Positions 1 to 13,559 are shown, numbered from the stretch's first letter. The stretch: 64,000 bases of DNA from Paraphysomonas bandaiensis (GCA_965644295.1 CBFFRP010000298.1:248001-312000); one strand, 5' to 3'. Numbers and translations: made by a program. Notes: a model not told the origin generated them from the letters alone.

Positions 1-2637
1 ACCGCTGTCGTCCACTAGACCACGATACGCTGCGATTAATCCTTTTCTGAGCTTTATTTGAGTTGTTACATATGTTAATCCATCGTCTGGATCTACATGA
101 GCTAGACCTATGAGATATTTGAAACTTTCTACTGTCCTGGAGGTCTCATTCTCTCTGAAGATCTCATTTATCTCTTTAAAATATCTCTTATCCGCTGGTG
201 GAACACATTCGTTGAAAAATACATGTCCTGATATAACAAAATCTCTTAATGCGGGAACAAAGACTATATATCCAGGACCATCCTCTCGATAGCCCATAAA
301 ATACCCAGGCCAGCTATGTCTGTCCCAATTGTTCTTTCGGAGACTGGAATCGATATTCACAAAGCATTTACATCCCCATATTCTGGCATAACTCAAGTCT
401 GGTATTTCGTTTTCGATAAACTGAAGTGGAGACATAAATCCTTTAGCTGTTTGACACGGTAGCCTGTTCTTGATGTGTATTGTCGCCTTTGAGGCTTGTT
501 CCCAGAAATTCGGTGGGAGTCCAGAGTCGATAAGGCTGCTGAGTGCTCGTTCTTTAGTTGTCCGCCATGATCGCTCTTGGAATGGGTTATCCTCGGGGGT
601 ATACGGGGAGTTGAAAGTCCATGTAGCCCCTATTGATTGAAGATACTCTAGAACTTTTCTTGATACCAGCTCCTTCCCCCCATCCGCATGATAATGTTGT
701 AGTCGTTTGCCTTTACTATGTAGATACATGACAACTTTCTGGATGGATTGGATGACGAAATCTTCATCTCTCGTTGGTCCGTAGGAGTCCCATTGGTGTC
801 TGGAAGCTACATCTGTCATCCCGAGTATGTAACGGTTGCCAGTAATGATTGCCTCTGGTGCATGGGGTCCAGAAAAATCGGCTACTACTAGCTCCCCCAG
901 CTCATTTGCTCTTCTTACACGCTTGAGCAGCATTTGTCTGATAGCGTGTCTATGTTTTCGGCGATGAGATTTACCACTAGCACAACCATCACATAGGCCA
1001 CCCGGTAAAGAAGTAGCATTCATCTCCGACTTCGTTAACTTAATACCCGTTACTAATTTTGACTGTACAGCTTTCTGTATGAGTCCAATTGAAGAATGTG
1101 CCAATCTCTTATGTGCTAGAGTTGCGAGTGGGCCTGAAGCAGTTGAAGCAAGGTGGGATTCGTCAATAGGAGTACCGAGGTCTGTTAATGGAATTTCATA
1201 TAGGCCTCCAACTCTCTTACCCTTTGATAGCAGTATTTCATCTTTATATATCTCAACTGATTGGTTTCCGAACAAGATTTTATACCCTAGGTCATCTAAT
1301 TGGCTGATGGACACGAGTGTCCTCGAAGCATGGTCCACGTGCTTGCACTTGGGGATAATACCAAGTCTTCCATGTCCTGAAGAGGTCATAGTCGATCCTG
1401 ACTTAGCTGTTTGAATGTCGGTGAGGCATTCCTCATAATTGGTGATGTATCCGGCTTCAGGTGTGATGGAGACTGTGCAGCCAGAATCAAGGGTTCCCAT
1501 TCCGGCTTCTTGATCAAAAACGAAGTTCGTTTCGTCGTTTGTTGGATATCCGACTCCTCCGAAGTCTCGTCCTTTCTGTTGTAGTGGACCACTGTCTTCA
1601 TAATCTGCAAACTGGTCGGATTCGTCGTTTTCAGTGCTCTGGTGGGTCTGGAATCTAACTTTTTTGAATTTCCTACTGGTTGATTTGTTTCCAGAGGAAC
1701 TCTTCATTTGTTGGATCCTTTCCCATGAGTGTTTGCATTCTGAAGCGATGTGTCCTTTTCCATCGCATCGGAAACACTTAATGTCCTTGTCAGTTCTCTT
1801 GTCATGTTTCGGTTTATTGGAACGGTTTCTGAAAGATGTCCCCTTTTTGCGCTTGGAATTCACTTTACTTTTGAAAAATGGGGGTTTTGAGGCTGCAAGC
1901 TGAATACTGTCGGTTTTTGTTTCTTCGTTGCTTGACAAGAGCATTCCAACAGACGAGCTTCCTAATCCGCGTAGTCTGCGTATGAGTGTTTTGTAGTCAT
2001 CGATAGGGTGCATCTGCAGGTTGATCGCCAGTTCACGATACGTCATATTTTCTTTGGATACCAGGCCTTGTCGAATGCGTGAGATGAGATCTTGGTCACT
2101 TATCCGATGACCATAATTAATCAGCTTGTTTCGGAGCTTTTCGACAGCGTCAAGAAAGTTGATTATCGACTGACCTTTTTTGATTTTTATGCTCTGAAAC
2201 TGGCCAATCAGATCGGTGATTACATCGTTAGTCGTTTTTTCTTTGAAGTGGTTGAGCAAGTCCGTCCAGGCGGTTTTTCCGTCTCCATCGGGGACGTTCT
2301 CCAAAATCCCCTCAGCCTCTTCATCCTGACCAATGATAGAGCTTGCAATGACTGACCATAGGTAGTTATTACCTTCATCATAATATCGTTTCGCATCCTG
2401 ATACTGTTCGAGTCGATACTGGTAGTCCTCGTCATCTGAGTTTTCTCCTGCTTCAGGCTCAATTGGGTGATCGTTCTGTAGAGTATAAACGATCTTAGGC
2501 TTTCTGTAAAACCATGCACGGCACTTCTTCTGCCACTTGGAGAAGTTCTTCGCGTCGAACTTTGGCATTGAGTCTTTCTGTTTTTCGGTTGTTGAATCCG
2601 AGTCGGTTGAGTCGTAACTTGTAACTTTAACTGACAT
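1..2637 (-). CDS. Copia Gag-Pol polyprotein (partial, open to the window edge)
   Basis: Hand translation from ATG 2637 (MSVKVTSYDS...) gives the zinc knuckle CFRCDGKGHIASEC (~1740-1776), protease GTLDSGCT (~1475-1497), integrase HHCC (AHKRLAH...CDGC), core HADGGKELVS...SPYTPEDNPFQERSWRT and IWGCKCFV...GYFMGY, all in the same frame. The ORF track missed it because no stop lies inside the window. Confidence 0.92.
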   Translation of the reverse strand, partial: MSVKVTSYDSTDSDSTTEKQKDSMPKFDAKNFSKWQKKCRAWFYRKPKIVYTLQNDHPIEPEAGENSDDEDYQYRLEQYQDAKRYYDEGNNYLWSVIASSIIGQDEEAEGILENVPDGDGKTAWTDLLNHFKEKTTNDVITDLIGQFQSIKIKKGQSIINFLDAVEKLRNKLINYGHRISDQDLISRIRQGLVSKENMTYRELAINLQMHPIDDYKTLIRRLRGLGSSSVGMLLSSNEETKTDSIQLAASKPPFFKSKVNSKRKKGTSFRNRSNKPKHDKRTDKDIKCFRCDGKGHIASECKHSWERIQQMKSSSGNKSTSRKFKKVRFQTHQSTENDESDQFADYEDSGPLQQKGRDFGGVGYPTNDETNFVFDQEAGMGTLDSGCTVSITPEAGYITNYEECLTDIQTAKSGSTMTSSGHGRLGIIPKCKHVDHASRTLVSISQLDDLGYKILFGNQSVEIYKDEILLSKGKRVGGLYEIPLTDLGTPIDESHLASTASGPLATLAHKRLAHSSIGLIQKAVQSKLVTGIKLTKSEMNATSLPGGLCDGCASGKSHRRKHRHAIRQMLLKRVRRANELGELVVADFSGPHAPEAIITGNRYILGMTDVASRHQWDSYGPTRDEDFVIQSIQKVVMYLHSKGKRLQHYHADGGKELVSRKVLEYLQSIGATWTFNSPYTPEDNPFQERSWRTTKERALSSLIDSGLPPNFWEQASKATIHIKNRLPCQTAKGFMSPLQFIENEIPDLSYARIWGCKCFVNIDSSLRKNNWDRHSWPGYFMGYREDGPGYIVFVPALRDFVISGHVFFNECVPPADKRYFKEINEIFRENETSRTVESFKYLIGLAHVDPDDGLTYVTTQIKLRKGLIAAYRGLVDDSG

Positions 2638-2650
2638 CTCGCTACCAAAA

Positions 2651-2919
2651 TAAGATTTAAGCTTATTAGTAAAACAATGTTGTGATTATTAGAGTGTAAG
2701 TAATGAACACGATAGAGTGAAAATTATAAATAACAATATAGAATGTACTATCATGCACAACGGAATAGTTAGAAGTGTAACTGATAATGACGACGTTATG
2801 ATGACGATCACGTATCTTCGACAGATACTCTCTCTAATTCAGTTCATGGTATATTTCATTGAACATTATAACTCACAGATACAATCATGTATTAAGCTGA
2901 ATCCTAATACAACTCCTTA
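2651..2919 (-). repeat. Candidate 5' LTR of the copia element
   Basis: Abuts the PBS with a 3-nt spacer and has TAAG...CTTA inverted termini. The second LTR lies outside the window, so the boundaries cannot be confirmed. Confidence 0.5.
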
Positions 2920-2971
2920 GATACTTTTCTGAAGATGATTGACTCCAATGCACGGAAACATTTTTTGCTAG

Positions 2972-3235
2972 TACAGTACAATTACGAACCATCTTAATAT
3001 ACGATAGTATATGTGAATTATAGTGTTTAATGAAATATCTCACAAACTGAATTAATGATAGTTTCTGTTTCTGCTGAATATTCATGATCGCCATTATAAC
3101 GTTAGTCATTGTCAGTTACATTTCTAATTATTCCGTTGCACGTTCTACATCATTATTCAATTCTTACGTTACTGTGTTCATTACTCATCACTTTTTCATT
3201 CTAATAATCTCATCGGTTTTTGTATCCTAATAGAG
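2972..3235 (+). repeat. Diverged inverted copy of the 2651-2919 segment (possible solo LTR)
   Basis: The reverse complement aligns with 2660-2910, with shared blocks such as gattattaga, gtaatgaacac, caacggaata.ttagaa.tgtaactga.aatgac, taattcagtt and atatttcatt.aaca.tataa. Confidence 0.75.
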
Positions 3236-3450
3236 ATTTGACGTACGGAGATCACTATATGTTATAATTGTCCCCTAGCCCTGATTGAAACCTTTGACGA
3301 CAAACCTTGTCAGTTTAAATACGGCAGTACGGATTTTATCTAGTATGTATAACAAACTTTCGAATTATTTATATACATGTGTATAATCTAATGTCTAATC
3401 TTATCACTTCTCTATCGTAACTTCACAGTAAGTACACATATATACCAAAA

Positions 3451-6400
3451 CTAATCTGAAAACTCTCCTATATCTTCTTCGCATAGGGTTACATTTCTAT
3501 TCTCACTCCGTGCAGGGTGTGTGTCAGCAGGCACTACTGGAGCAGGAGTGTAAACCCTATTGCTACCTATTGCTCGCACACAATGAAGAAGAGGTTGTGG
3601 AAGAACACTAGGATTTCCACCACACACAGACCTATTGTTGAGAACTTCCAGACCTCTGTACGCAGAACCACCCACATCAGTGGGCGACATATACCTGACG
3701 TAAGGAACAAGCGTGATTATCGTCTCTGCAGGGGAGAGGGTGGAAAGAGAGGAATAAGAATCTGATAGAAGGGACTTCAAGGCAGATACGTTTCGAAGAA
3801 CACGCTGTTGTGCCACCCTACGTAACAGCAAACCCAGTAATTTAATATAATACTTGTACAAGTACACACACAACACAGGTAATACAGGCATATTCAGACA
3901 GATAAAGTACATTATGTCCAAAGATCTGGGGCGCCGGACTGGGGTCATGCCTTTAGACTCAGATCTTTTAATACTAGTTCCTTCAGTAGTCCTTACTCGC
4001 TTACTTCCTATTTCCGGTACATCCTCAGCAGTCAAGTCCACTACTTGGGAAGCTCCTGTGGTGCAGAAGAGGATAAGATAATAATGAAATGAGCGCATAC
4101 ACGAAACCAGCAGTAAGTATGCATAGCTGAATACATACAATGGATGATAAAGTATAAAGATACAGTATATTTCACCTGCATCTGAAGATGTCACAGGTTG
4201 GAGCCACACCGAGGAGGAAACAGAGCTCGCCCTACTAATTATAGATTCCGCAGCATCCGTGAGGAAAGATGTATCGCTTCGGTCAAGTTGCAACGATGTC
4301 GTGTATTGCCTGTAAAAACAACGCCATTAAAGACAACAAACCAAGTATGCTCTCTACACTGTTTTTTGTTCGATAATAACACTCTTTCGAGCATAAAAAA
4401 TGAAAAAAAATACTCACCTTTGCATAATGATATCAGCATCACAAAAGTCCTCCAAAGCCCTCTAATTAAAAGCTTACTACATATATAAGGTACAGAAATT
4501 CACCAAACCTCTGCCCTTTCCAAAGCATCCAATTCTTCGTGAGGTAATGGAACTTTGCGGTTCTGTATATCCATAAATATAGCTGATAGATAGTCATATT
4601 GTTATAGAAGCAGACGACGCATAGTAATTTCATTGAGCGTTACCTATGCAGTTGTGTTGTAGAAACGCTAGGGCGATATCGAGAGGAAAACCCAGACTGC
4701 ATATAATAAGGTATTAGATGATCTCACCATTCATCGTAAACAGTAGATGTCACTTCTATGTACACTGTCGTACTCACTTTTGCAGCACTTCCTCTGGAGC
4801 AAAAGGAAGTCTATAAGATTCATCTAAAGGACAAGGAAAATGTCAGCGAACTAGACGGGCATCTCTGAACTATAGTACAATAATCTCTTCTATATACTTA
4901 TTGATAAATACCTAGTCGTGAGTGCAACAGTTTCGCCACTCCGTAAAGAGAAGAGAATGTTGTATCTCTTTTACCACTGGATTGAGTGTTGTCCGTGATG
5001 GCTACACAGGTATTCCCCCCTAGCATCAGTGCTTGCAGCTGCGATATTGCATGGCTAGAATATATCCGTACACGATAAAATGTTACCATCACGGTATGAA
5101 TTCGACATGAAATAACGTAACATACAAAGTAAAGAACACTCTTACCGCAAATCTCCTAAGCATGATTCACTAATAAACTCGATAGTACGCTTACTGGGCA
5201 TAACTGGTTGGGGAAGCTGCTTTTCTGAACGTTTCCAATGGCCGTTAAGCTCAGAGAACTCCACGGCTACGTCTATTATTAGAACAGAATACACTACAAG
5301 AAAACAACATACCTGCTATACGCGAGAGGATCTTTTGGGCATTGAGAGGAGTAATAGGCGTACAGTATATAACCTCCAAGTTAACCCTATAGAATAAATA
5401 AAGTATTGAGTCAACAAAATTACAATATCATAATCACATCTGTTTGAAGATTTTACTCTATGTTAACCAGAACATACAAACATGCGCCCTTCATGACACC
5501 ATAGTGTATTTGTTACGTTGATGCTTCGTATATCTCAACTACACAGGCCACTACACAGACAGCACACTTCATACCGGTTGTGCAAATGCTTCGGAATGAG
5601 CTCGTCCACCGCAAAAAAACTATCATCTTTGCCGGGTACATCACTCAATATAAGTACCACCGGATGACGCATCGCCACTAGAGTCTTAACTATTCCCACC
5701 CCTCTTTCGCGAGAAGAGATTGGCTCCAAAAGGAGGTTTGGGTCATGAACAAGAATAATATGACCATTTTTACTGACAGTTCTATCTTCTGAATGACCTT
5801 TCACTTGGCTGTTGCTCTTACTCGAAGTAGAGAAGCTGAGAGCCTTGTATGAGGACCGCAACGCCAAGTCGGCGACCTCCTGAGTGCGTATCACAATAAG
5901 ACCAAAAGTATGCATAAGTCACCACAACACTACTCATTACTATCACAGCTACACCCACCGTACGAGACGAAGTGCTATAAACTTGAGACCTTGAATAACG
6001 TTTTTCTATAGGTAGTATTGTATTGCCGGCTTGCCAGTCCCCAGTTGTGTTAGGCGATCCAGTTGAGTCGCACATATCGTCCGTCCACTCAGTCATGGAT
6101 ATACCTAGCTCCTGTAAAGAGCAATAGGATCAATTTGATCATATGCGTATAGCAATATCCAATATACCGAACACAAAACTTTCACTAACGTGCTCTTGCA
6201 GCAGCCAGAGCAACCACACAACACGAGTACAGGCTGTAGACCACTCTCACTGGATCTCTGCAATACATGCTTCCTAAGCCACTCTTGAACGCTTTTAACA
6301 CGAGAACTGTGTGTCGCTAGTTCCTTTGATGACCTTGGCTCGTACTTATCTTGCCAAAGTATATGAGATTTCGTTGCACTGGTTGATATATCTGATTCTA

Positions 6401-6476
6401 GAGGCACTTTGATTGTTTTTCGTGTTTTTCCTCTTGAGCGACCCTCAAAGCATAATGCCTGACCTTTCATTGTCAT
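3451..6476 (-). CDS. RAD17: Cell-cycle checkpoint clamp loader Rad17/Rad24-like AAA+ protein (multi-exon)
   Basis: LWQDKYEPRSSKELATHSSRVKSVQEWL followed by a Walker A-like VLVLCGCSGCCKSTLVKVLC..ELG. Later exons include IILVHDPNLL, HPVVLILSD and a GDLRSA-like segment. Internal exon boundaries are only partly resolved. Confidence 0.8.
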
Positions 6477-7050
6477 AGCAATTAATAAAATAGATTCATT
6501 ATTTCAAATTAGCATTTAGAGTTACTTTCATATACATTGCAGTGCTACTGCCTGATCGTTTGATGCGTCAATATACTCTGCACATGCCAAAATACTACAA
6601 AAAACTGTGCAAAATATGGTAACATTTTACTAAAATCGGAAAGTTACGACTATAATTCTTAGAAACCGCTACTATTATGCAATCTGATACACAAAACTGA
6701 TACTTTATATTATAGAAACCCCATATTTTCTCCAGGATTTAAAAAGTGAAGTTTGTCGTTAATGCTGCTATATTCCTATCAAAGAATCCCATCAATGGAA
6801 AGAACGAAGTTAGAAAGTGAAGTTCATTTTATCACTTCGTTATATAGGAACTAGAAATGATCGCAAAGCACTGCATGATTCCATAGTGTTTATGTATCTA
6901 TTGAGACGAAGTGAATTGTGTAGTTGAAAGTGAGAAACTATCTGATTATACTTCAATGTAATGACTAGACAGTGTTTCATATAGTTATTTTCATAGTTTA
7001 TAATTCATAGTTACTGTCCTGTTTATTTGATTGAGTTAATATTTCGAGTG

Positions 7051-10000
7051 ATGAAGCTCTCACGCAGACTGGTCAACATGCTGCTGTGGACTATAGTCAA
7101 CATCGTCCTCTGCATGTGGCTGTGGCACTATCATTTAACGAGCCCTAACACAGCAGATCCTATGAGCACCATAGAAACCAGACTTGCATCCTCAACAATC
7201 TCTATGACATCTCCTCCATTGCTATCTACTCTACAGTCCTCTGTACCGATGCCAGAGTATCGGACAATGTTCAGAGCGGATGTGTTCAGATCATATACTG
7301 GTTTATATCATCATAACTCTAGTGGTAAGCTCCGGTCAATAAGAATGTTGACTGAATTCAATGGCACGGCCGGGTGGTGCGATATAGATGTCGGACAAAG
7401 ACGGACCGCGCTAGAAGAGTATGGACTTCCCTCTTTTCGTACCTCAGTAATGGACATAGAAGGCGGTGTACCCCAGCTGAAGCGATATGCATGCGACGCA
7501 GTCAACTCCTCTTTGAATGCTGCTATTCCTGTGAAGAGTGGTATGGTGGTGGTTCTGACCACATGTAACCAGTTGGGCGTCACGGTGCAAACAATACAAT
7601 ACCTGGAAAAGAGCAGTGACCCTTTCGATGTCCTTGTTATCGATGATCATTCAATTGATGGGACATATGAGTACCTCACCAGGAGGGTATGTAGTACAGC
7701 GAAAATGACGCACTTTTAACAATGCGTAGGGTTATGCTGTTATAAGGAACACTCACCCACAGGGCCTCACTCATTCTTGGAACATCGGATACAGGTACGT
7801 GATCTATATCTGTGCGACTACACTATAGCACTGTAATATTAGAATTGTATGTTATGAATTTTGCTTCATAAAGTGAAGTTAGTAGTGCATACCCTATGTA
7901 CGCTTGTGGACCTTGTACGTAATTTTCGGTGTATGTGCTACCAGTATATTGATTACGTGATGTGCGTCAGGGTGGCGCGGGATTTGGGTTATGAGTACTT
8001 AATAGTTATCAACAATGATGTCTTAGTGCCGGAAGGTGCCATGGCTGTGTTGCAGCAGGTCTGACACAGTAGTGACGAACTGGTTCATCTTATTTCCTAC
8101 CGTTGTGATGTGTGCAGGTGCTTTCCAATGAAACCCTTGTTGTACCAGTGACTACCCCCAAGGGCGCGGGACATAACCCCGCACAGGTGCTATTGTATGA
8201 TGTGTAGTATATTCGTGTCGCTAAAGCTGTGCTGTAGTCACTCTTGTATGCACACGGGCTCAACATGAGTCATTCAGACTACCTCGACAACCCATCTAAT
8301 GCAGACAAAGTACAGCGAACTTTGTCCAGAAAGTTTGAGAGATCAGGTAGCATGTACATATGACAGTAATAATGGTGTCATAAAGACTTTTTAATGTACA
8401 TAATATGAATAGCGAATCGTTTAAAGTTATCTGAGTGGAATGGGCGTGTTAAGTTCAATGGATTTTTCTTCGGCGTGAATATGGCGGCTATTCGACCAGC
8501 GGTTTTTGATTCTGACCACCTTTTTGACCCTGACACTGTTATGGTGAGAACTTGTGTATTGCTGTCACAATGCAATACCATAAGCGTTACACGTTTTTGA
8601 TAAGGTGGACCAAGAAGATCGGCTGACAGCTAGAATGGCGCGTCACGGTTTGGTCCCGAAGATATGCCCATTCGTGTTTATTTTTCACTTCAAATCCGCC
8701 ACCGTAAAGGTGTGATTCTATGACTAGGAGTTGCCGAAAAATATTTTCAGTCTGATGTATGAAATAGGCTTCGAATTATATTCTTGGCTCAAAGACCGAG
8801 ACCCGCAATGACCTTTCTCTGTATCACCCAGAACTGTCCACTCCGAATTCTACCAGCTCTTTTTCTTTCCTCTCTCTGAAGGTATCTCCACCAACCTTGC
8901 GGCTATATCCTCCTTCGGAAAGTAAGGCTGTCATTGCAATGGCTGTATCCAACCCCGCGACGCACCCCAATGCTGGCGACATATTTACTGCACGTGAGCT
9001 AGGAAATGCACTGGAGGAGAGATTCAGTGTGGAAATACGTTACCTGTATAGGGTATTTGCGATCTCAATACTATTTTTTGTATAATCATGGTGTCTGTCA
9101 TGTGATGTAGAACGTGAACTGGTATGAGGTTGAGAATGTGGATGTTGTTGTAGCGTTTTTGGACCAGTATAGAGTGACCAGTGTAAGTAGTGTGTATGTA
9201 TGTCTAAGCGTCCACTGTAGAGGATGCAGTTGACTCTCCGTGTGATATTCATATCGATATTGACAGTTAAGAAATACAAAGCCATCCCTGATTACTGTGG
9301 CCTGGATGCGTAATTGGTTTAGTAGGTAGGTACTCTTGAGTAGCGCCATTTGCATATGACGTGGTATCAGATGGCTTTCATGTCCTTGGATTGGCAATTA
9401 TAATTTACTTTTGACATCCTCTGCTGTGGCGGCTTCTTTTTTTAAAAGTTTCGAGGGTAAGTTCTGTTCATCGAGTTGTATATGACTTTTTCTGGGGCCA
9501 GCTCATTGTATGGTCTGTAGAATTGTCTGTGGAATGTAATAGCCGCTGTCCATCAGTTTTTGGTGCTACTCGTCGACGCTTGCCCATACAAGGTACTCTT
9601 TACCGTCCTTTCATACCCAAACATGACTTCTCCTATGATATCTGCATGGTATGTGATATATTCAGTGGGGGTGCTGCGGATTGCTACAAACCCCTTGAAA
9701 TTTTCCCCTGGTACTCGGTCGTCAAAATTTTTTGCTGACTATTCGTTCACCGGTGAGCACTCGCTTCTATGTACACTTGTCTATTGCTTATTACCTATAT
9801 CCTGGTGTACAGGAAACTACTGGGAGGTACCAAGAGATATTATGGCACTGGACCCCGGTAACCTTTCGGAATATAAGGGTGTTATTGTTGGCAAGAACTG
9901 GAATGTGTGTTAGACAACAGTGCGTTATTCTTGAAATATAACACTGCTAACAGACTGCACCTGTATCCAGCCAGTGGAAGCGCATGATTCATCGCGATGT

Positions 10001-11916
10001 GCCATACCGACTTATGCCCATGGTAGTATGAATGAAATTATTTTAAGTCATGTATATCATTACAACCCGTGGTCACATATTTCACTGTCAGTGGTAAACA
10101 TCTTATCTGTACTTGATGTAGGTGTACAGATCTTCCAAAATTGTAATAGACGATGCTAACCACGTCACGAAGCCGTGGGGAAGTGTGAATTCCCGAGTAT
10201 ACGACGCGCTGGCTTGTGGGACATTAGTCATCACAAATGGTCTGTGTATTGGTTACCACATATCTTTGCCGTATGACCACTGTCTTTCTCTGCAGGAATC
10301 CTCGGCAGTGCTGACACTTTTGGGAGGGAACTCCCCACTTATTCCAACATGACTGGTAGGATTGTGACGATAATGGTGGTGCTCTATTTATTTGTTTCCC
10401 TACTAATGATTTCCTGGCCTCGACATCTTGTATTATGCTTACAATGACACAGAGCTGACCAAGAAGCTGCGCCTGTACTTATCGAATGATACTCTCAGGC
10501 AACAGCTTGCTGATAGGTTGTATCACGAGGTAGTTATAATACAGCTAACAGCTTTGCTTTCACTTCTTGTATTTGTGTTGAAGGTGATGAATAAGCACAC
10601 TTATACCAACAGGGCAGATGAATTTGTTGCGTCTGTAAACTGTAAGTGGAAAGAAATGATCTCTTGACAATACTGTTTGTTTTTGTGGTGTGTGCTCGCT
10701 ACTGCAAAACTTACAATCTTACAACACGTCTACGAACTAATAAGTTTATCTAACTGATATGCTGTCAGCGGTCACACAGTTCCCTTTACTCCGCCCTCGT
10801 GAGAGTCCGACTGATGCTTCGTTTCGTGATCATGAAGGTACTGCAATCTTCAGTAATAATTTCGCAAGAAGTAGGCGCTACAGTGACCCTGGTTCATTAC
10901 AAACTTTGAATTGTACGGAGGAGCAGATGCCATCGATATGCGTGGGAGTTAGAGTCGCTGAAGGTTTGTATGTATTGCGGTATAGTATGCACTTATGTAT
11001 GTTTGTAAAGGGCACTATGAGAATTGGTTAGGGGTCTTGTTGGAAGGCCTCCTTGCTCAACACAGTGGTTCCACACATCGTAGCACTCTTGACTTGTTGC
11101 TCTTTATCATAAACACTGATGAAGCTTCCTCTAATTTCCTCACACGGTTGCACAATACCGTAGACAGGGTTAATGGGGCTTCTGGGCGATGCAATGCAAG
11201 GGTTCTGTGGGATACCTCAATGCCCGCACGACAAGAGAAAAACAAATTTTATGGTTACGATACGAGCGACATGCTGCTGGACTATCTCACGAGCAAGGTA
11301 TATTAACATGACTTATATGTAGTTGTTTTAATGAAAGTGTCCCTTTTGTTTACAATGTACGAGCAGACAGAGTGCGAGTGGATCATGTTTACTAATGGAG
11401 ATAACATGTATAATATGGTAAGCGGCATGCATGTTATGCATTGGATATTGTTATACACACTGTGGTGGACTAACTTACTTGTGGTATAGGCATGGTTTGA
11501 TACAGTTGCCCCATATGCGAAAAAACCAGAATTGGTATGAGCCAAATGTGATACGTTTTGATAGGCTTATTTTACGTTGTTTAGTCGATCATAGGATGGG
11601 ATTTCGTATCTCATCACCCCAGGTTTGTGCTTCGTATTCGCAATGTATTGGCACTTATTTAACCAGTTGCTTGGTAAACAGAAAGGGTGGTACCGAACAG
11701 CCCATTCGAATAGCTCTCAAGCGCAGATATGTCGACCTTGGAAGTGTGCTTATTCGCTCTCGAGAATTGAAAAGAATCGGCGCTGAGTTCATGCCCGACT
11801 CCATATTTACTCAGGATCTCTTTGCCAGAGACTTCTTTTTAGTAGATAAGGTGGTAAAATCGCTTAATGCGTCTGCAGTGAAGCTACTGCACAAGGTGCT
11901 TCTCTTCCACCAATAG
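7051..11916 (+). CDS. Multi-domain glycosyltransferase (N-terminal signal anchor, GT2-like domain, CgeB/YkvP-like GT-B domain, C-terminal GT-A-like domain), many exons
   Basis: TM anchor LLWTIVNIVLCMWLW; VVVLTTCNQ...VLVIDDHSIDGT...YLIVINNDV; SSKIVIDDANHVTKPWGSVNSRVYDALACGTLVITNG...HTYTNRADEF; WIMFTNGDNMY...VDLGSVL...ARDFFL. Confidence 0.75.
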
Positions 11917-13559
11917 GATATAGAATCACTGAGCTCATCTCATCTCATGGTATTATTATTAGCGGGACGCTGCCGATGATCTTACAATTGCTGACTTCTC
12001 GTGGGAGTTAGTTTAAATAGTGTATTAGTCGTAGAATCATTGTATATCGTCTGTCACAGAGATTGTGACATTAATATCAGCTTAGATATAGCTCGATTTA
12101 TGTTTTATGTTGCTTTTTTGATTTTTTCTTATTATTATTGCTGCTTATCACGAAGTAATTATAAGATACTTTTTTCGTCCAAATGCTTGTGCCAACGTTT
12201 TATGATGAGATGAATTCCACATTTTTCAAATAGCAGAGGAATGGCAATATAAAAGACTTGCAAACCTCTATAGAGTACTCAGCTCCACAATCACAGAAGA
12301 TGAGAGAAAACCAAACTCATACTATAAAATACATCTAATTCACGTAAAGTATATGCAAGCAAAACACGCATAATGTATAAACATGATTATCGCAACGTAT
12401 TATATTCAGTACTTCAGGCTACACCAGGTCATACATATATATCAGCATGGATAGAAAGCCAAGCATTCTCTAGCCTTAATCATTTAAAATCTTTGATATA
12501 TGTTAGAAATTCTTATTGTTTGTATCACTTCTATATGCGTATATCATATATGTCGCTTTGACTCCTACCACATCTTCAAGACAGTCACTCATAGGTCCAA
12601 GAATTAAGAACTACTGTAATCTGTAATGAATTGTTCCATTTAGAATATAAATTATGTACGAGAATAAGAATACCCAAAATTATGTAAACAAAAGGGGTTG
12701 TATGTAAGAATATCCATCAAGTTGTTTATGACTGACTGTGCTTATTGCAGAAAGTTGTTTGATGAACTGCGAAATCAATTCATCTATCAGGCATCCAGCC
12801 AGTACCGTAGATACTAGTGTCGTATAATGCCATGCCAAGTGCATAACCACGCCACAGGAACAAGGGATCATAGATTGAAAAATGACTTCAAGAAAATTTT
12901 TATAGCTACTAATCTATGACTACTCCACACATTAAATAAGGCTAGCTCACAACTGTTTGCCTGTGAAACAGGGAATAAAAAACTACGGCAACTATCCCTC
13001 CCACTTGTAACCGCAGCTACAACATATGAATATTAATCGAAGAGCAGTCGATCGTTTTGTTTGCTCCGCCTGAGTATTCGTTACTATTGGCAGCAAGACA
13101 AGCATAAATACATACTTGAAAAAATACAGCTTCGTTATGACCACACTCCGCGCACTCTACATCACGGGATCTCTGTAGTGTAGGGTCCTGTGTGCATATA
13201 TTAGAATAACTAAGTCACACAGCACAGCCATAACACATCGTACTTTGTTTAACTCTGACGGAATGACATCCAAACTCGTTCTGTATATATATAAACATAT
13301 AAATAAAATTATATTATAAATTATACGTACGATGATTCCTTTACTACTTCATGTAATCTAACGCAACTGTTGTTGACATTTGTTTCAGTGTAGTTACAGA
13401 GTTTGCAGGCATATTCAAGTTTCTTTAAAGCAATGTTCTCTTTAGGGTAGAGCAGATTACTGCATTCTCTACAAAATTTCATTGTTGACATGTTTAATGA
13501 ATGTAATTGTAATGATTATAAGTGTTATAATGGGAGGTAGGAGATGAGAGGAATGACCA

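Larger units (their letters stand above)
1..2919 (-). mobile_element. Ty1/copia LTR retrotransposon, 5' part (continues beyond the left window edge)
   Basis: Gag-PR-IN domain order in one minus-strand frame. PBS-like TGGTAGCGAG at 2647-2638, preceded by a candidate LTR. Confidence 0.93.

Noticed and set aside
110-2648. Short ORF-track calls over the copia element
   Set aside because: They are shadow or antisense frames of the Gag-Pol frame that runs off the window.
3451-4293. 280-aa ORF as a stand-alone membrane protein
   Set aside because: The hydrophobic Y/L/C-rich stretches are bounded by GT..AG and look like in-frame introns of the RAD17 3' exons.
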